From Ptychomitrium polyphyllum (taxonomy: Eukaryota), in the NCBI GenBank assembly GCA_973851085.1, contig OZ316775.1, positions 15,314,001 to 15,378,000 of the forward strand: a stretch of DNA of 64,000 nt, given 5' to 3'. Numbering within the stretch: position 1 is the first letter of the stretch; each line of letters opens with the position of its first letter. The translations under genes and the position numbers were made by a program. The notes beneath the pieces were generated by a model, which worked only from the letters and a program-made list of their open reading frames with translations, did not search any database and was not told where the DNA came from. Shown one piece after another: positions 51,386 through 64,000 of the stretch.

Positions 51386-51489
51386 TAGACATAAAAAAAC
51401 GTATAGTCAGATGGCAGTTTTCATCAGAGGACGTGTGCCATTTTAGGCCATCTGATTATACGTTTTTTAATGTCTAAAATGGCACACGT
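51386..51489. repeat. Two interlocking inverted repeats (30-bp and 16-bp arms)
   Basis: 51386-51415 vs 51447-51476 (28/30 complementary) and 51431-51446 vs 51474-51489 (16/16). Confidence 0.85.
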
Positions 51490-54400
51490 ATATTCTGAAG
51501 TGCCTAAAATGATGATAAGTATCCTGAAGAATGACGCCAGACATAGCTGGTTCGAAAATCTGTGGCACAAAAATTTCAACCATATTGCAAGGACCTTATA
51601 GCCTTCATCTGTTAAAGGTTATTTATGCTCTTTTCATCATCGTACTTCAATTAAAACCACACTGTTTACTAACATGGTTTGTGCAGCGAATACAGGCAGG
51701 AAACTCATTTCATGCTTCTTCGTTTACCTGAACTCTTGGACTCTCTCTTGGCTTAGACCTGTTCTATCAACTATAGTTTCGAAGGACTTTCTGTGCTGAT
51801 CCTTTGAGGAGACAACACTACACACATCAGTACTTTCCAGTCATAGCATCAACTACATTTCAAGAAAAGGACAGTGGCGTGAGCTTGTAGTATACCTTGG
51901 GCCCGCACTTCGGTACTCGAAAAAGAATTATCCAATAGGAGACCTGTCCAAATCCTCGTCCAACGCAAGTTTCACCTACTTTTCAGAAATATACATTTGT
52001 GGATGCCTGAGACTTCTAGAGCACGAAACATCATATGGGAGGACAAGGCGTTCTTTAAAAAAGGCCGTGCTCGAGAGTTTCTTCCACTTGTCACGGTGTT
52101 GTTTGTAATGATCAAGCCTAAACCTATAACTTTACTAAATCTCATTTTTGAGACCAGCCTGACTGAATGTTTTCATGCACAAAATTACTTCCAGCCTCTC
52201 ATTTCTGACTAAGTAAGAGGTCGGAAGTAACTTCTGTGCATGAAGACACAAAATAGTTATTTTTTGCTAGGTTGGGGAAGCAAGTCTATCTGATCTAGTA
52301 GCAACTCATACCACATCAAAACAAATGCACCATCACCTATTGAAAAGATACAGCTCGACCTTAACAGCAAACCCCAAAAATAGATTTACACCGAGAGAAA
52401 ATGCCTCACTCCAGACTAGTAACAAAGCATGTTTCTTTTAAACAAGCTTACGAGCTAAATCAATCTTGACTCCATACTCAAATTTGGAATCTACCATGCA
52501 CACTACGCAGTCTCTGCATGAAGCATGTTTATGCTCGCAAAGTTTGGCAGTGACACGTATTGGAGGGCGTCATTACACTGCGGTTTTCAGAGTGAATGCC
52601 TTCGAAGCTGGGTTCCTCCAACGGTTGCCATCCATCCTTCGCTGCATCCAACGGTAGGAGCATTCACTATTGAAAGCCTCCACTACAACACCCACTAATA
52701 CAAAGCAGGCTCTTTTGGAAGGGGGAGCTAACTAAGGATAAATGCAAGAAAACAGGTGTCTAGACAACGTGCACGAGGTTCCAGAACCTTAAAACCGGGA
52801 GCAGCTGCAGCAGAAAAAGAACAGAGGTCTAATAGCGACGAAAACGACTAAGCTCCCAGTAGGTGAGGCTACAGCAACATCTACACCAGTTCCACCCTCA
52901 GTCTCATCATGCATGCAAAAGCAAGGCTAAGCTACAGCAAAACCTGAGCTTCGATCCGGCAAGTCCACAGCAATAACTCTGCGGTTTTTCAGAAAACAGG
53001 GACATTCCACCTGGGCCTTAGTCCACCGGGGCGACCGGTGTAAGGAGATGAGAGCTGGAGACGGACAGGAAAAAGGTCTACCAGATGGCTGGCCACGGGG
53101 CCCACTACGTAGAAACATTCCTGAGCTTCCTTACGTGGAAGCTGGGACGAGAGTATCTCGAGATTCCTAGCGTGGCTCGCGTTGTTGGGTCCACCTGCCG
53201 TGCTCTCCAGGGCACCTGTGCGAGGAAAGCTGTTCATGACACTCAACTCCAAGATCCAACAACTTTCGTTTCGAAATCGGGTGGGTGAACATAAAGACCA
53301 GAGCTCAAAATTGCCAGTGAATATTTTGCCTCATGGATTGCAGTTCCATGAGGTTCTTCATCCTACGGAAACTGGCGCCTCAAGTAGGAAAATGTTCGAA
53401 TGTTTCCATGGAATCTTTAAACGGTACTTAGGAAGTGGTACACAATCTACCATGCGTGATGAAACGATCCTGAACCCTGTAGTACAATGTAAAATCTTAT
53501 GTCTATAGCCAAGGCTAGCAAAGGGCACCTTTACACAGGAAAAGAACTTGCCTTTTGAATCAGAACTGGCATGCACTTTGTACGGTTGATCTCCAAATGA
53601 CGGAGGAGGTGAGTTCTGTGGTTGTCGTGGGCCCCGTGCCCCAACGCTCCCAGACCACAGCGAAATAATAACTCCTACGCCAGCTCGGGTGAGGTACCTG
53701 GCAATTAAACAAACCTCCCCGTGAAACGGAAAAAGGAAACACGATGCTCCCAACTGCCTCCCCATTACCTCCCCGTTGCACTGATCCTTCAACTCCAGTC
53801 AACAATTTCAACTCGGCAGTTAATATTTATCGTCACTATGTGATGTTTACTGTTCGTGACACTAAATGAAATTTCAAGATGGGTGCACTCCACTCCTCTG
53901 GGTACATATCACCCCGTGCTAGCAATCGCTGAATCGTCGTCGTCTAGAATCCACATGATCTGCCTCCTTAGAGCTCACGCATCCTCTCAAGCTCCGCCCT
54001 CTGCACCACTCTCCATTCTGCCCTGGTAGTAGTTTCTGATCACTTGCACCCATTCTTCTTTCTCCGCGCTTGTTGAGATCAGTTCTAGGTGGCTGAGCCT
54101 CCAGTTCAGTACTAGAAATTCCCACTTCCGTCGCCATCGCCATTAAGTGCCTGCATCGACGTCGTCTAAACCCACATGATCTGCGTCCTCAGGCCTCCCA
54201 CCCTCCGACCATCGCACCACACCTTGCCCTCAAACACCCATTCTCCCTCCGCGCTCTTGCATGCATGCGGAGACCAGTTGTGATATGCAAACCCAGCTGG
54301 TTGATTGTAGCGTTTCTGCGGTGTCCAGGTTTCTGAACAGCTTAGTATTTTTGGTGGCCGAGATTGTGGAAGTCGTGGGATAGGATTTTGGGCATTTTGA

Positions 54401-54545
54401 GGATTAGTCAGCGCTGTGGGTTTTGCTGGCGGTGCAGTTTCGAGACGAGGAGCGAGAGAGAGAGAGGGAGACAGAGAGGAGGTCGTGTGTGTGTTTGTGA
54501 AGTACGATTGTGTTCTTTTTGTTTCTGCGCGGAGTCAGCAGAAGG

Positions 54546-56559
54546 ATGGTGCGGAACAAGCCTGCTGGCGATGCTTTCGGCAGCAACAGGCGATCACCAA
54601 CGTTGATCAGGCGTCGACGGGATGAGATTAATGCCGCCAAAGATGCTGCGCCGAGTCAGAAAGCGGAGGAAATTTCGCCGGTGAGGTCGGGTAGCACCTC
54701 TCCTCGCAGCGGGACTGCCTCTCCTCGCAGCGGGACTGTTTCTCCACGCAGCGGCACCGCTTCTCCTACTAGGTGAATCTTCTTCTCGCCGCTCGCCCCC
54801 GAACTTTTCTCTAGGTGCAAAAGACGATCGTTTCGGGGGGGTGTTGTAGATGAAATTTCAGACTATAATCATGTTATCTTGAATAAATGTCGCATATATA
54901 TTTGAACTTCAAATCTCTTTTAACAAAACATCTTTTACCTAGAGTCGTTCTTGAAGTCTTCCTCCAGCACTATTGATCTCACAATGAGAAATAGTGATTG
55001 GGTTCGTGGGAGATGAATGTCGTAATGCTGGGATTTATGAGAGACGTGCATTGTAGTCGAGCAGTTATTTGCATTACATTTCACATAATCACCGATTTCG
55101 AGTCTGATGATCTTAGTTAATATGAACTTTAAACATGCAGATCAGATGACGAGGGCACGACGGGGCCTGCAGAAGTCTCAGTTGAGAAGAAGGTATTTCC
55201 ACGTCTTTGCAAATCTGCTGCTGCGTACTGGTGACTGTTGTCGTCGCATTTTCGTTGCATGAGGCGCTTTGTCTATGATCTATCCTCGTGAGTGTGTGCA
55301 TTCTTCTGCTGGCGAACAGAATATGGTCTTCGAAAGGGGTTGTCTTTGCCTCTGTGCATATGCATTTTCAGTGTTGCTGGTCCTACAACTGTTCAATTAT
55401 CGGTTTCAGCTCAGTACTTTATGATGTCATCTGCTTTAGTTTTTTCACCAATTATTGTCTCGTTTCGATTTTTTTTTGCAGAATGGATTTTTCGAGATTA
55501 AGGGTAATATGAGTATGGCTGTGGATCCCGATATTACATATGGAATTCTTACAGATTATGAGAAAAATCCTGATATTTTCAAGACTGTATCAAAGGTAGA
55601 AGTGGAGTACAGGGACAAAGCAAAATTCGTAACCCAGCACGCACACTGGAACCTGATGTTTTGGTCAGGAACTTTTGATATGAAAATGAAAGTGGAAGAA
55701 GATCCTCCCAATAGGGCGGTGTCCTTCAAGTTGTGAGTTCCACTTACATACTAAGTTATGTGCTACTTCAGCTGTCATTTCAATTCACCAATGTGTTTTC
55801 ACGACCCGTGTTGCAATAATTGGGACAGATTCTCTGAAACCTTTAAAACGGAAAATCTTGTGCCTTCAGAAGTATAGACCTGCAATTGTCGAGCATTGAT
55901 ATAGTACATGCTGTAATTTTGATTAGCACTTTAGAAGAATTTCTTTAACTTGCTATGTTTGACTGATTTAATGATTTTCTTGTATTTTTGTGTTTCTAGG
56001 AATGAGCCTGGGTTTCTGAAATTGTTTAATGGCTACTGGGGAATCGAACCACGCATTGTAAATGGAAAGTCGAAGGGTTGCAACGTGGTGGTGACTCAGG
56101 AAGTTTTGCCGTCGATGCTTCCCCCGGGCCCATTAGGTACTCTCTTTGCAATTCAATCAAGGTTTTGATTTGGAAGATCTGCTAGTTATGATTTCATAGT
56201 AATGTATGTAAATATTTAACGTGGTGGTAGTCTTCTCACTTCACAAAAGTGATAATCTTCCACATTCGCCACACTAGAAATGCGTTTGTCGTTATAAAAA
56301 TTATACAGATCTGAAAATTTAGGTTTATACTGTGCCTCATGTTCTGTACTCCAATTGAAAACAAATATTTACCAGCCAGTTCTACTGCATGTGTCATAAT
56401 CGAATTCTTTGAACACTTATTGAAGGTTTTTATTGTGGGTGGAACTGTGCAGCTTCTTACGTTTCACGCATATTAGGCAATCAGGTGAAAGCAGTACTGG
56501 AAGATTTATCAGTGGAAGCTGAAAGGGTGCAGAAGATGAGGCGAATTTCAGCAAAATGA
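54546..56559 (+). CDS. Polyketide cyclase/dehydrase and lipid transport (START/SRPBCC, COQ10-like) protein; 5 exons (~54546-54772, 55141-55192, 55482-55732, 56000-56136, 56453-56559)
   Basis: FEIKGNMSMAVDPDITYGILTDYE...VTQHAHWNLMFWSGTF...GFLKLFNGYWGIEP...RILGNQVKAVLEDLSVEAE. Intron phases are consistent; N-terminal SPRSGT repeats. Confidence 0.8.
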
Positions 56560-57987
56560 ATTCTGGATATCCTATAAACTTGTAGAAAGTTGATGGCTTG
56601 AAAAGTGTTACACAAAGTGTGTAACTGCTTGGAGCGAATCGCTAAGTATCAGCTGCATCCAGTAATGACATGCTGTCAAATTCGTCGAGCATTCTTAATT
56701 TTGATATTATTGAATCATACAAACGGGTTCAATGTGGTTGTGGTCTTAGAAAATAGGGTTAATTCTGTATAATAGTGCGATTAGTAATGTGAATTTTGTA
56801 ACCGTGTATACATCAATATATTTAATTTTCAGAAAATAAAGTTATTTTTCCCCAGACGGAAGTTGCTCATAAATTCTGAACATCAGATGCTGTCACGTAG
56901 TCGTATTACAAATTTAGCAAACTAAAAGAGTATACACATCACATTGGATTAGCTATGTGTCAAGTTTTTTGATTCCTTACTCTAGTAATCTCAAAATTCT
57001 CCATGTACACTGTTAAGAATCTCAATGAAAACAGGCCTCTGAAGACTCCAGATGGGCACACGTTTCCGACGATTTATTTTCGGACTCCATGTTTTGAGAC
57101 CGTTCAAGCTGTCTACGGCCACTGAAAACCACCTCAAAACTACATCTACGAATGAATATTTTGTTGAAAAGAGTCGTATTAGTTGTACCCGTAATGCATT
57201 CACAACAACGGAGACCGTCGCTTCTCACTACCGTAAGAACCAGGAAAGCTGTTCATTCTCTTTCTTTTCTGACCAAATCCACTGAGCAGAGTGGAAATCG
57301 TGAGTGAGAAAGGACACATCTCCTTACAGTGATTCTTACGTCAACAAGCTAGCACAGCTCACGGACATACTTCCAAATTTCAGATGAAAGTATGGTCCAA
57401 GATGAGTGTATTATGAGCTCACCGCTGCTGCAAGTAGTCTTTCAAGCAACAGTAATGCACCGTTGGAGTAGCAAGTATATCTCAGTGAGAATGATCCGAG
57501 TGTGAAACCCAAACCTTCAGGTCGTGAATAACTGTTCAGTAACATGTATTGCAACTTTTCCTTGCAGTTGGGCTTTTGAGACTCAATCTGAAGGAAATGA
57601 TACTTTTGCAGATGTCAGATTAAGTAGACTTCACTGGAGGGTGTTCGAGTTCAAGCGGGAAAGTAGCATCTTTCCACATCATGCATTCAAAACTCTCAAG
57701 AGTAGTTGTGAACATTGAAACCTTCTGATTAATAGCATTTCACTCACTGTATTAGACACTGTTTCGTGCTGGTCTAAAAACTCGTCCTCATCATATTTGA
57801 TTGAAGCCATTCAATTTAACATTCAATGAGCCGTAACGATATGAACTGTTAAACATGCATGGGAACCATTCTCAAAGCCTCACACTCCTGTAGATGCATT
57901 CTCCATTGAACATAACAAAATCTTCTGTAAGAAGAGACAATGTTAGAAGGTAATTCTACTATCGATTACCAAAAGGCGCTGATGGTA

Positions 57988-58059
57988 GCCTTTATAGCTC
58001 AGTGGTAGAGCGTCAGTCTTGTAAACTGAAGGTCCGGTGTTCGATCCACCGTGGAGGCA
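57988..58059 (+). tRNA. tRNA-Thr (anticodon TGT)
   Basis: Acceptor stem GCCTTTA/TGGAGGC, D-arm TAGCTCAGTGGTAGAGC, anticodon arm TCAGT-CTTGTAA-ACTGA, T-arm CGGTG-TTCGATC-CACCG; no encoded CCA; T5 Pol III terminator just downstream. Confidence 0.96.
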
Positions 58060-58566
58060 AACATTTTTCCAAGTATAACGACATTTAAAATATCGTCTTA
58101 TTTCTATCGTCGCCTGCTCTAGTAACTCTAATCATGTAACTACGAAGCGGATACTCCTCAAACTTTAGCAAAATCGATCCATGTAGGATTTAGCGTAGAA
58201 ATACGTAGTGCACGTTGTCTCTTCTCAAATCTACAGAAAACAAACTACTATGAATTAGAACGAACAATCAGCACCGTCCCTTGATGCTTTTGAAGGGCTG
58301 AACACTGAGATGCAGTAAAAACTATCCCGAAAATACTGTTTTAGAATACATAGAGCTGGAGAAATGATCTTGGTAGAGCCGAGTACACCGCACATCCTAG
58401 TGAAAACAGAGCGCATTCAAGAAGTGAAGGCTTTACATGAAACATAGCCTGATAAAGCTAGAGGGAGGGGCGAGGAATAGTTCTCATCATTGAAGAATAA
58501 AAATAAACCCCTATTTGAGGGGGAGCAAAATTGAAATCCTGGCAGGATTGGAGATCTACATCTAGA

Positions 58567-61500
58567 TTAAGAGCTGACTTTCGATGCTTTCACTTTCTTG
58601 GCACTCATCTGCTGCTTCTTTTTGGAAGGAGTCTCCTCTACCTGGACCTCCATGAGTGCCACTTCATCAGTTGCCTTCTTCCTCTTGGAAGGAGTCTTGT
58701 CTTCGTTGGATTGTGTAGGTACCTCTGGTTTCTTTGCCTTTTTCTTCTTTAAAGGTGTTGTCTTGCTATCATGTACTTCCACTAATTCACAGCTTACTGG
58801 ATTCTTTTCTAGTTCAACTGTAACTGATTCCACAAGCTTCGTGAGCAAATTATGCAGTCTTCCTTTGCTCGGTGCCTCGATGGCTTTCAGACTCGCTAAG
58901 AGAGCACCAGTATCCAACAACGTGTAAACTGCTTTATGCGGAAAGAGCACTGTGAAGGCATCAATGCAACTACTACAGAATAGCAAAACAAAAACTTTGT
59001 AATCCGCCTTCTGAGGAGGACTTTGAACAGTTGATAAAATAGCTGCTCCAAGGGATCCCATATGCTCCTCAAATGTCTTCGCAAGCTGTTTATGTTCATC
59101 ACCCTCCGTTTGTGTAGCTGTCTTCTTCCCCTTCCCAGACGTGACTGGTTTCAAGATTCCAGTGAGGAGACGCATAGCCTCACACTTCATGAACTCTGTC
59201 CGGCCATCCCCACACAGCGCTACTAGCCTTCCAAAAGAAATCCGTCCTAGAATTGGGTGTCGCTGAAAAACTTCGCTTAAGAAAGGCCCCGGCAGCCGCG
59301 ACTTTTTATGAGTGAAGTAATCATCCAAAGAAGACGCAAAAAATTCCAAAAACTCATCATCGCCCTTTTCTTCATTTCCTAGCAGAACCTTTAATGTCCA
59401 CAAAGTGCACCCCTGCACACATAAAACCGATCAATTCTTAGTTTACGGCCAAGCAAAGCAAGTCACTTTTACAGACAGACAAAGCATTCTACACCTCCCA
59501 ATTTACCACTAACAACGAGTGTCCTGCGCTCACATTCGTCTACCATTAGCTAGAAAACATTCACGATAGTAAAATTTGCAGCATCTATTCTCAAAACATG
59601 AAGAACGTTGTATCAAATTTGTACCACCGTTAAGAAGCGATTCAGATAGCCGAGACTTCAGTAGTAACACGAGGCATACCTGAGCTAGTTTTCGGACCCT
59701 CTTTATTGATGACCTCGATGCCAGTTTCCAGGTTTGCTTCAGTAATTTCCTAGTTAATGCCAAGTCTACATCCTTTTCCCTTGGGTATTTCTTCACCTTC
59801 AACACCTTGCTTTGCAACATGTTTTCTAACCGTTTGACAAGTACCTCATTCTCTTCAGGTGCCGTCCCCAACTGGTTTATAGCACTTACAAATGCCTTCA
59901 CAAGACCCTGCACTGCAAGCAAGGCCAGACCACTACCAGGATGTTTTTGAAGAAAATACTCCAGCAATGACAGGACTCTGAATTTGAAGTGAGCTAACTC
60001 AGTTTGGGAGTTGGTCTTGCTAGATTCTTTTCTGTGCTTCAACACGTTAGCAAGCAGTACATCTGCCCTGAACATGGCTTCATCGTCCATGTCTGAGACG
60101 TCGGAGTCGGAGCCTTCTGCTTCATCGTCCAGGTCCTCACCAGGTCCTGCAGTAATAGATTTTCATCAGCGTAGGAATTCAGAAATCAAACTAGGGGTAA
60201 CCTAAAACTAAATGCATTATTGTAAGCACAAGTGACAGCCCATGATGAAAACCGCATGAGGTTGCAAAGAATACTTTTAAATCTCATTTGTTGCTGGAGG
60301 GTCCTTGGTTTAGCCATCTCTACGTCTTCTCCATCTTCATCATCCTCGTCGTCGTCGTCATCCTCATCATCAGCTTCTCCCTCCTGTGCCAAATCACCTC
60401 AAAATGATCAAAAATATCCAAATCGAAACAACTTCACTAAGCCAAGCACACACAATCAGAACAATAAGCTCGAAGTGCGCGCCAGCATATTGAAGCTGCA
60501 AAACAAGAACGCATCACAACAATTTTCGTATTGGGGGATCCCATGCACTTACCTCTTTTACTCCTTGACTTCCCTCTCGTTTCCCAACATCACCATCCAC
60601 TTCTTCATCGTCGTAATCCTCTAGAATATCATCATCATCATCAGCATCATCTTCACCATCTTCTATCATGGACTTATGACGTCCTGATTTAGAGCCCTCA
60701 TTTATGATTCGGAGAACATCAGTCATCCCCGCGCCAGTGAGGTCCTCGCAGTACACTTTGAACACCTGAGCATAGAAAAAAGACTACTGAACAAAGGCCT
60801 AAAGTCAAGGCACTCAAAGGCAAAACGTTGTAATCAAAGTACTGTGACATAGCATATCATCGAGAAACTAACCTTTTCTGCTGCCAAACGAACTGGAGTA
60901 GATCCCTTTGCAAGGAGTGACAATAGGACATCCAGAAGAACGTCCATTACTGGTGGAACTTCTTCGCTTTCATCTTCCTCCACAATTGATGGTGCAATCT
61001 TCGACAATTCCGGCAGATCAGGGAAGGCTTTACTACAGCATATGACAAGCTCAGCTGCAATATCATCGGTAGACCCTGGTTCCAGGAATGACTCGAGAAG
61101 CAAATGTGAAAGGAGAGTCCTCAGTGCCTGGAGCCGTCTCGAACTGTCGCCATTTGTCTCAGACTTAACCTACAAATTCGTGGCATATGTTAGAATCTTC
61201 GAAACACAGAAAATAGCATTATTCGATGTATGAAAGCGTCCAGAAACTGTTGATACATGATGCTCACAACTTCTTTACAACTAGTTAAACAATCACTGCG
61301 TAAACCGTCTAGTTGACAGCCATCAACCCCAAATCTAGCCAACTTGTCAAGGCAGACTAGCAGTTCAATCGTAGAGAACATTAAAAGCACAGAATTTAAA
61401 GGGCAACAAGGCTGCCCTTTGCAAAGGTAGATAAGAGACGCGACTCACAGCCGTAGTTAAAGTAGCAACAGTCTGCTGGAGGATCTTGACAGATTCTGCA

Positions 61501-63572
61501 GCTTCCTCCTTGAAGGGCTGTACAAGACTGGCATCTGGAGACATTTGAACGCTCAAACAGTACAAAGCCGCAAAGAGAGAAAAATCTTCATCGTCAGTCA
61601 CTGCCTCACTTACTCCACTTGTACCAGTTTTAATGCTCTTCGCCTTTTGAGAAAATATAAACTGTTCAGCGTCTACTAGAATACTGTGTAGGCGCTCAGC
61701 GCACAGCTTTCGTATATTCACAGTAAGAGGCTGTTGAGGCCACCTAAAGCCTTTCTTTGGGACATCTCCGCCATTCTGTTGCTTGCTTGCTTCAAATATA
61801 GAATGAGTGACCAAAAACTTTATCACTGCTCTATAAAGTGATGCCTGAGCTGTTTTAGGCTCCAGCTTCACCTGTCGACAAAGAGCACACATCTGCTCTA
61901 TAATCCAAATTCTATCGTTTGCTCCAGGCTTGTCATGTCCATTCATTACAGCATCTTCTAATACCTCCACAGGTTCTTCTGGAACCTTCACAGCAGTAGA
62001 GTCGGCTGCTACAAACAACTCTTCAAGTTTATGAACAAATGCCAGAACACCATCTTCGGTCGTCAATCCATTGGTGAGTGCTTTGACAGTAGAGGTTTTT
62101 GAGAGTGTATCAAACTTCCCATAGCTATTTTTCTGCAATCCAACTATGACGGCAGCCCGACAAAAATTGTTGCTTTCAGCCCACAGACGCAGCTCACTCA
62201 AGCACCTTTGGGCACTTTTGTGAAGGTGAGAGTCTTTAGAAGATAGAATGTCTAGAATACATCGAACAAAAATGTTAGACAAGACAATACCAACAGATTC
62301 GGGGTTTGGTAACCTAGAGAGAATTAGGAGGAGGAGCTCCATTGCGAGATTCTTTCTCTCATGAGAAGAAGATAACAGCGCTCCATCAACAGCCACTCTC
62401 CAAAAATTTGACAAATTCTCTTCAATTTCTTTAGTCTCTTTAACATCCTTGCGACTACCAGATTTAGCTCGCTTCTTCTTTGCTGATTCTTGAATGTGGT
62501 TGTTAGGTGGAGCAAACAGGAGATCTAACAACAGAATCCATACTGAGTGCACGCGAGGATGGCTGCTCGAAGACTCCTGTATTCAGATTCCACCACAGTG
62601 CATTTATTTTCCGATGGCGGTAAATACAAAAAATCTGGATGTAACTGTAGTTATCCATGCAAAGGAAACTCTGCGAAGTGCTATAAAGCAATGCGAAATT
62701 CGACAGCAATGTCTACAAGTGGAAGATGTCACTAAGAAATACACCTCGAAGTTCCCAAAATCAGACAATAACAGAAATTATATGTCCGATCTCCAATATC
62801 AAACCAGGCTAGCAAGAAGCAGACTGCTACCACGAGAACTGCTCTAATGTGGCATGGTATTACCTTCAAGCAAGGAACTAATTTGGCCAGGTGAGATGGC
62901 TCGAACAGATCTTGTAAGTTCCCAGACTCAGGCAGAAAAGAAGTGCTCTGAGCCGGGAGCTTATCATGGAGCTGCAAAACTAACAGTAACGCCTCGGGAC
63001 TCTGACTTTCAGAATCTCGCCGCAGCCATTCATTGAAAAGAGGAGCTGCGCACACGGTCTCCCTGACAGCACTTGAAGGCAACTGAACCATTTCAACGTT
63101 GTCATAAACAGCACAAACCAACTAAGATGAACCAAAACCAACAGTAGGCAATAAAAAGCATTACAACCTAACCTAAAAACAGTAGCAAAAGTGAGTCACC
63201 ACCTTTAACATAAACCTCTGATACAAGTTTGAGTACTATCTAGAGTAGTAGGGATCACGAAAGCCAAACTGAAGTTCCGTTCATTGCCCCTAATGAAAAT
63301 GTAATGAGTAGGCGCAATTTAGAATAAGAAGATGGGGACTTGGTAAGGTATAAGTAATGAAGGAAGATACATACCCTGCTTGCAAGTTCGATTACTAGGT
63401 TAACAGCTGGCTCCCGAAGAAAAGTCTTCTGCTTGGCGAGAGTAAAGAGTTGCTCAACAATTTCTTTAGTCAATTCCCTCTCCTCTGAACTGGTGCCATT
63501 CCCAATTAACCTTTTTGCCCGAATCAAAGATCCATAAGCGAACAAGCGCCCCAATAGTCCGTCTCTAACATC
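58567..63572 (-). CDS. MYBBP1A: MYB-binding protein 1A / DNA polymerase phi (POL5) family nucleolar protein, multi-exon; 5' exons probably beyond the window
   Basis: DVRDGLLGRLFAYGSL, KTFLREPAV, LLSSSHERKNLA, VMDVLLDVLLSLL, MDDEAMFRAD...LAHFKFRVLSLLE, YFTHKKSRL; acidic loop and Lys-rich C-terminal tail; GT-AG introns. Confidence 0.88.
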
Positions 63573-64000
63573 CTGGGAAGCCACGAAAGCGAACAAGTAC
63601 TACTAGATAAGATTTCCGGTTTCACACCGAAAACCAAATGACTAGAACGAAGCCATCGAAACAACAAACAAAAAACTACTTTTGACACTTAAAAAGGCAT
63701 GAAAAAGGAAAGCTCCAACAACAATTGGCCACTTACGAATCCGCCCACTTTGTAATGAGCAGACCAACATAAGTGTAGTTGTTGTCCTGAGGCTATTGCT
63801 TAATGCTATAGCTAGCTATTTAAGTGTTTTCGTGCAAAGCTGTAGACACGGTTCACAAACCCTAACATGACTATGATAGACCCACATGTTAGCCTCTTAA
63901 GATCCCACTTCTAACGCTCCAGTAGGTGGCCAACGCAAAAAACTACTGGAACTATTCGTACAGATTTGTTGCCGAATTGTGCCCTCATTGAAGAAAACGG

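Noticed and set aside
53358..54200. Faint resemblance to NB-ARC Walker B (QIMWILDD) or a glycoside hydrolase motif (RAGVGVIISLW)
   Set aside because: Short motifs that could arise by chance, with no P-loop or other collinear motifs.

Overview
Eukaryotic genomic DNA from a land plant. The compact GT-AG introns, the gene families and the Tcn1/Galadriel-type chromoviruses suggest a non-seed plant, probably a bryophyte (inference). There are ten protein-coding genes: the 3' part of EAF1, NAA38, carboxypeptidase Q, a DDT-WHIM protein, DMP/DUF679, a rhamnogalacturonan lyase, a LURP1-like gene, an intronless SMO1, a START/polyketide-cyclase protein and the 3' part of MYBBP1A/POL5. There is also one tRNA-Thr(TGT). 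A ~16 kb AT-rich block (33-48.6 kb) holds two adjacent decayed Ty3/gypsy chromoviruses. The most notable is the element at 38964-45583. It has a self-priming (Tf1-like) PBS, perfect heat-shock elements and a variable 31-bp palindromic array in its LTR U3, and a decayed ~213-aa extra ORF joined to pol by a TGATG stop-start overlap. It has no target-site duplication. Other points of interest are an animal/bacterial-type CPQ in a plant, a DDT protein lacking the zinc finger of its relatives, an intronic MITE, interlocking inverted repeats and strongly G-skewed EAF1 introns. Exon boundaries and mismatch counts were read by eye and no database searches were run.
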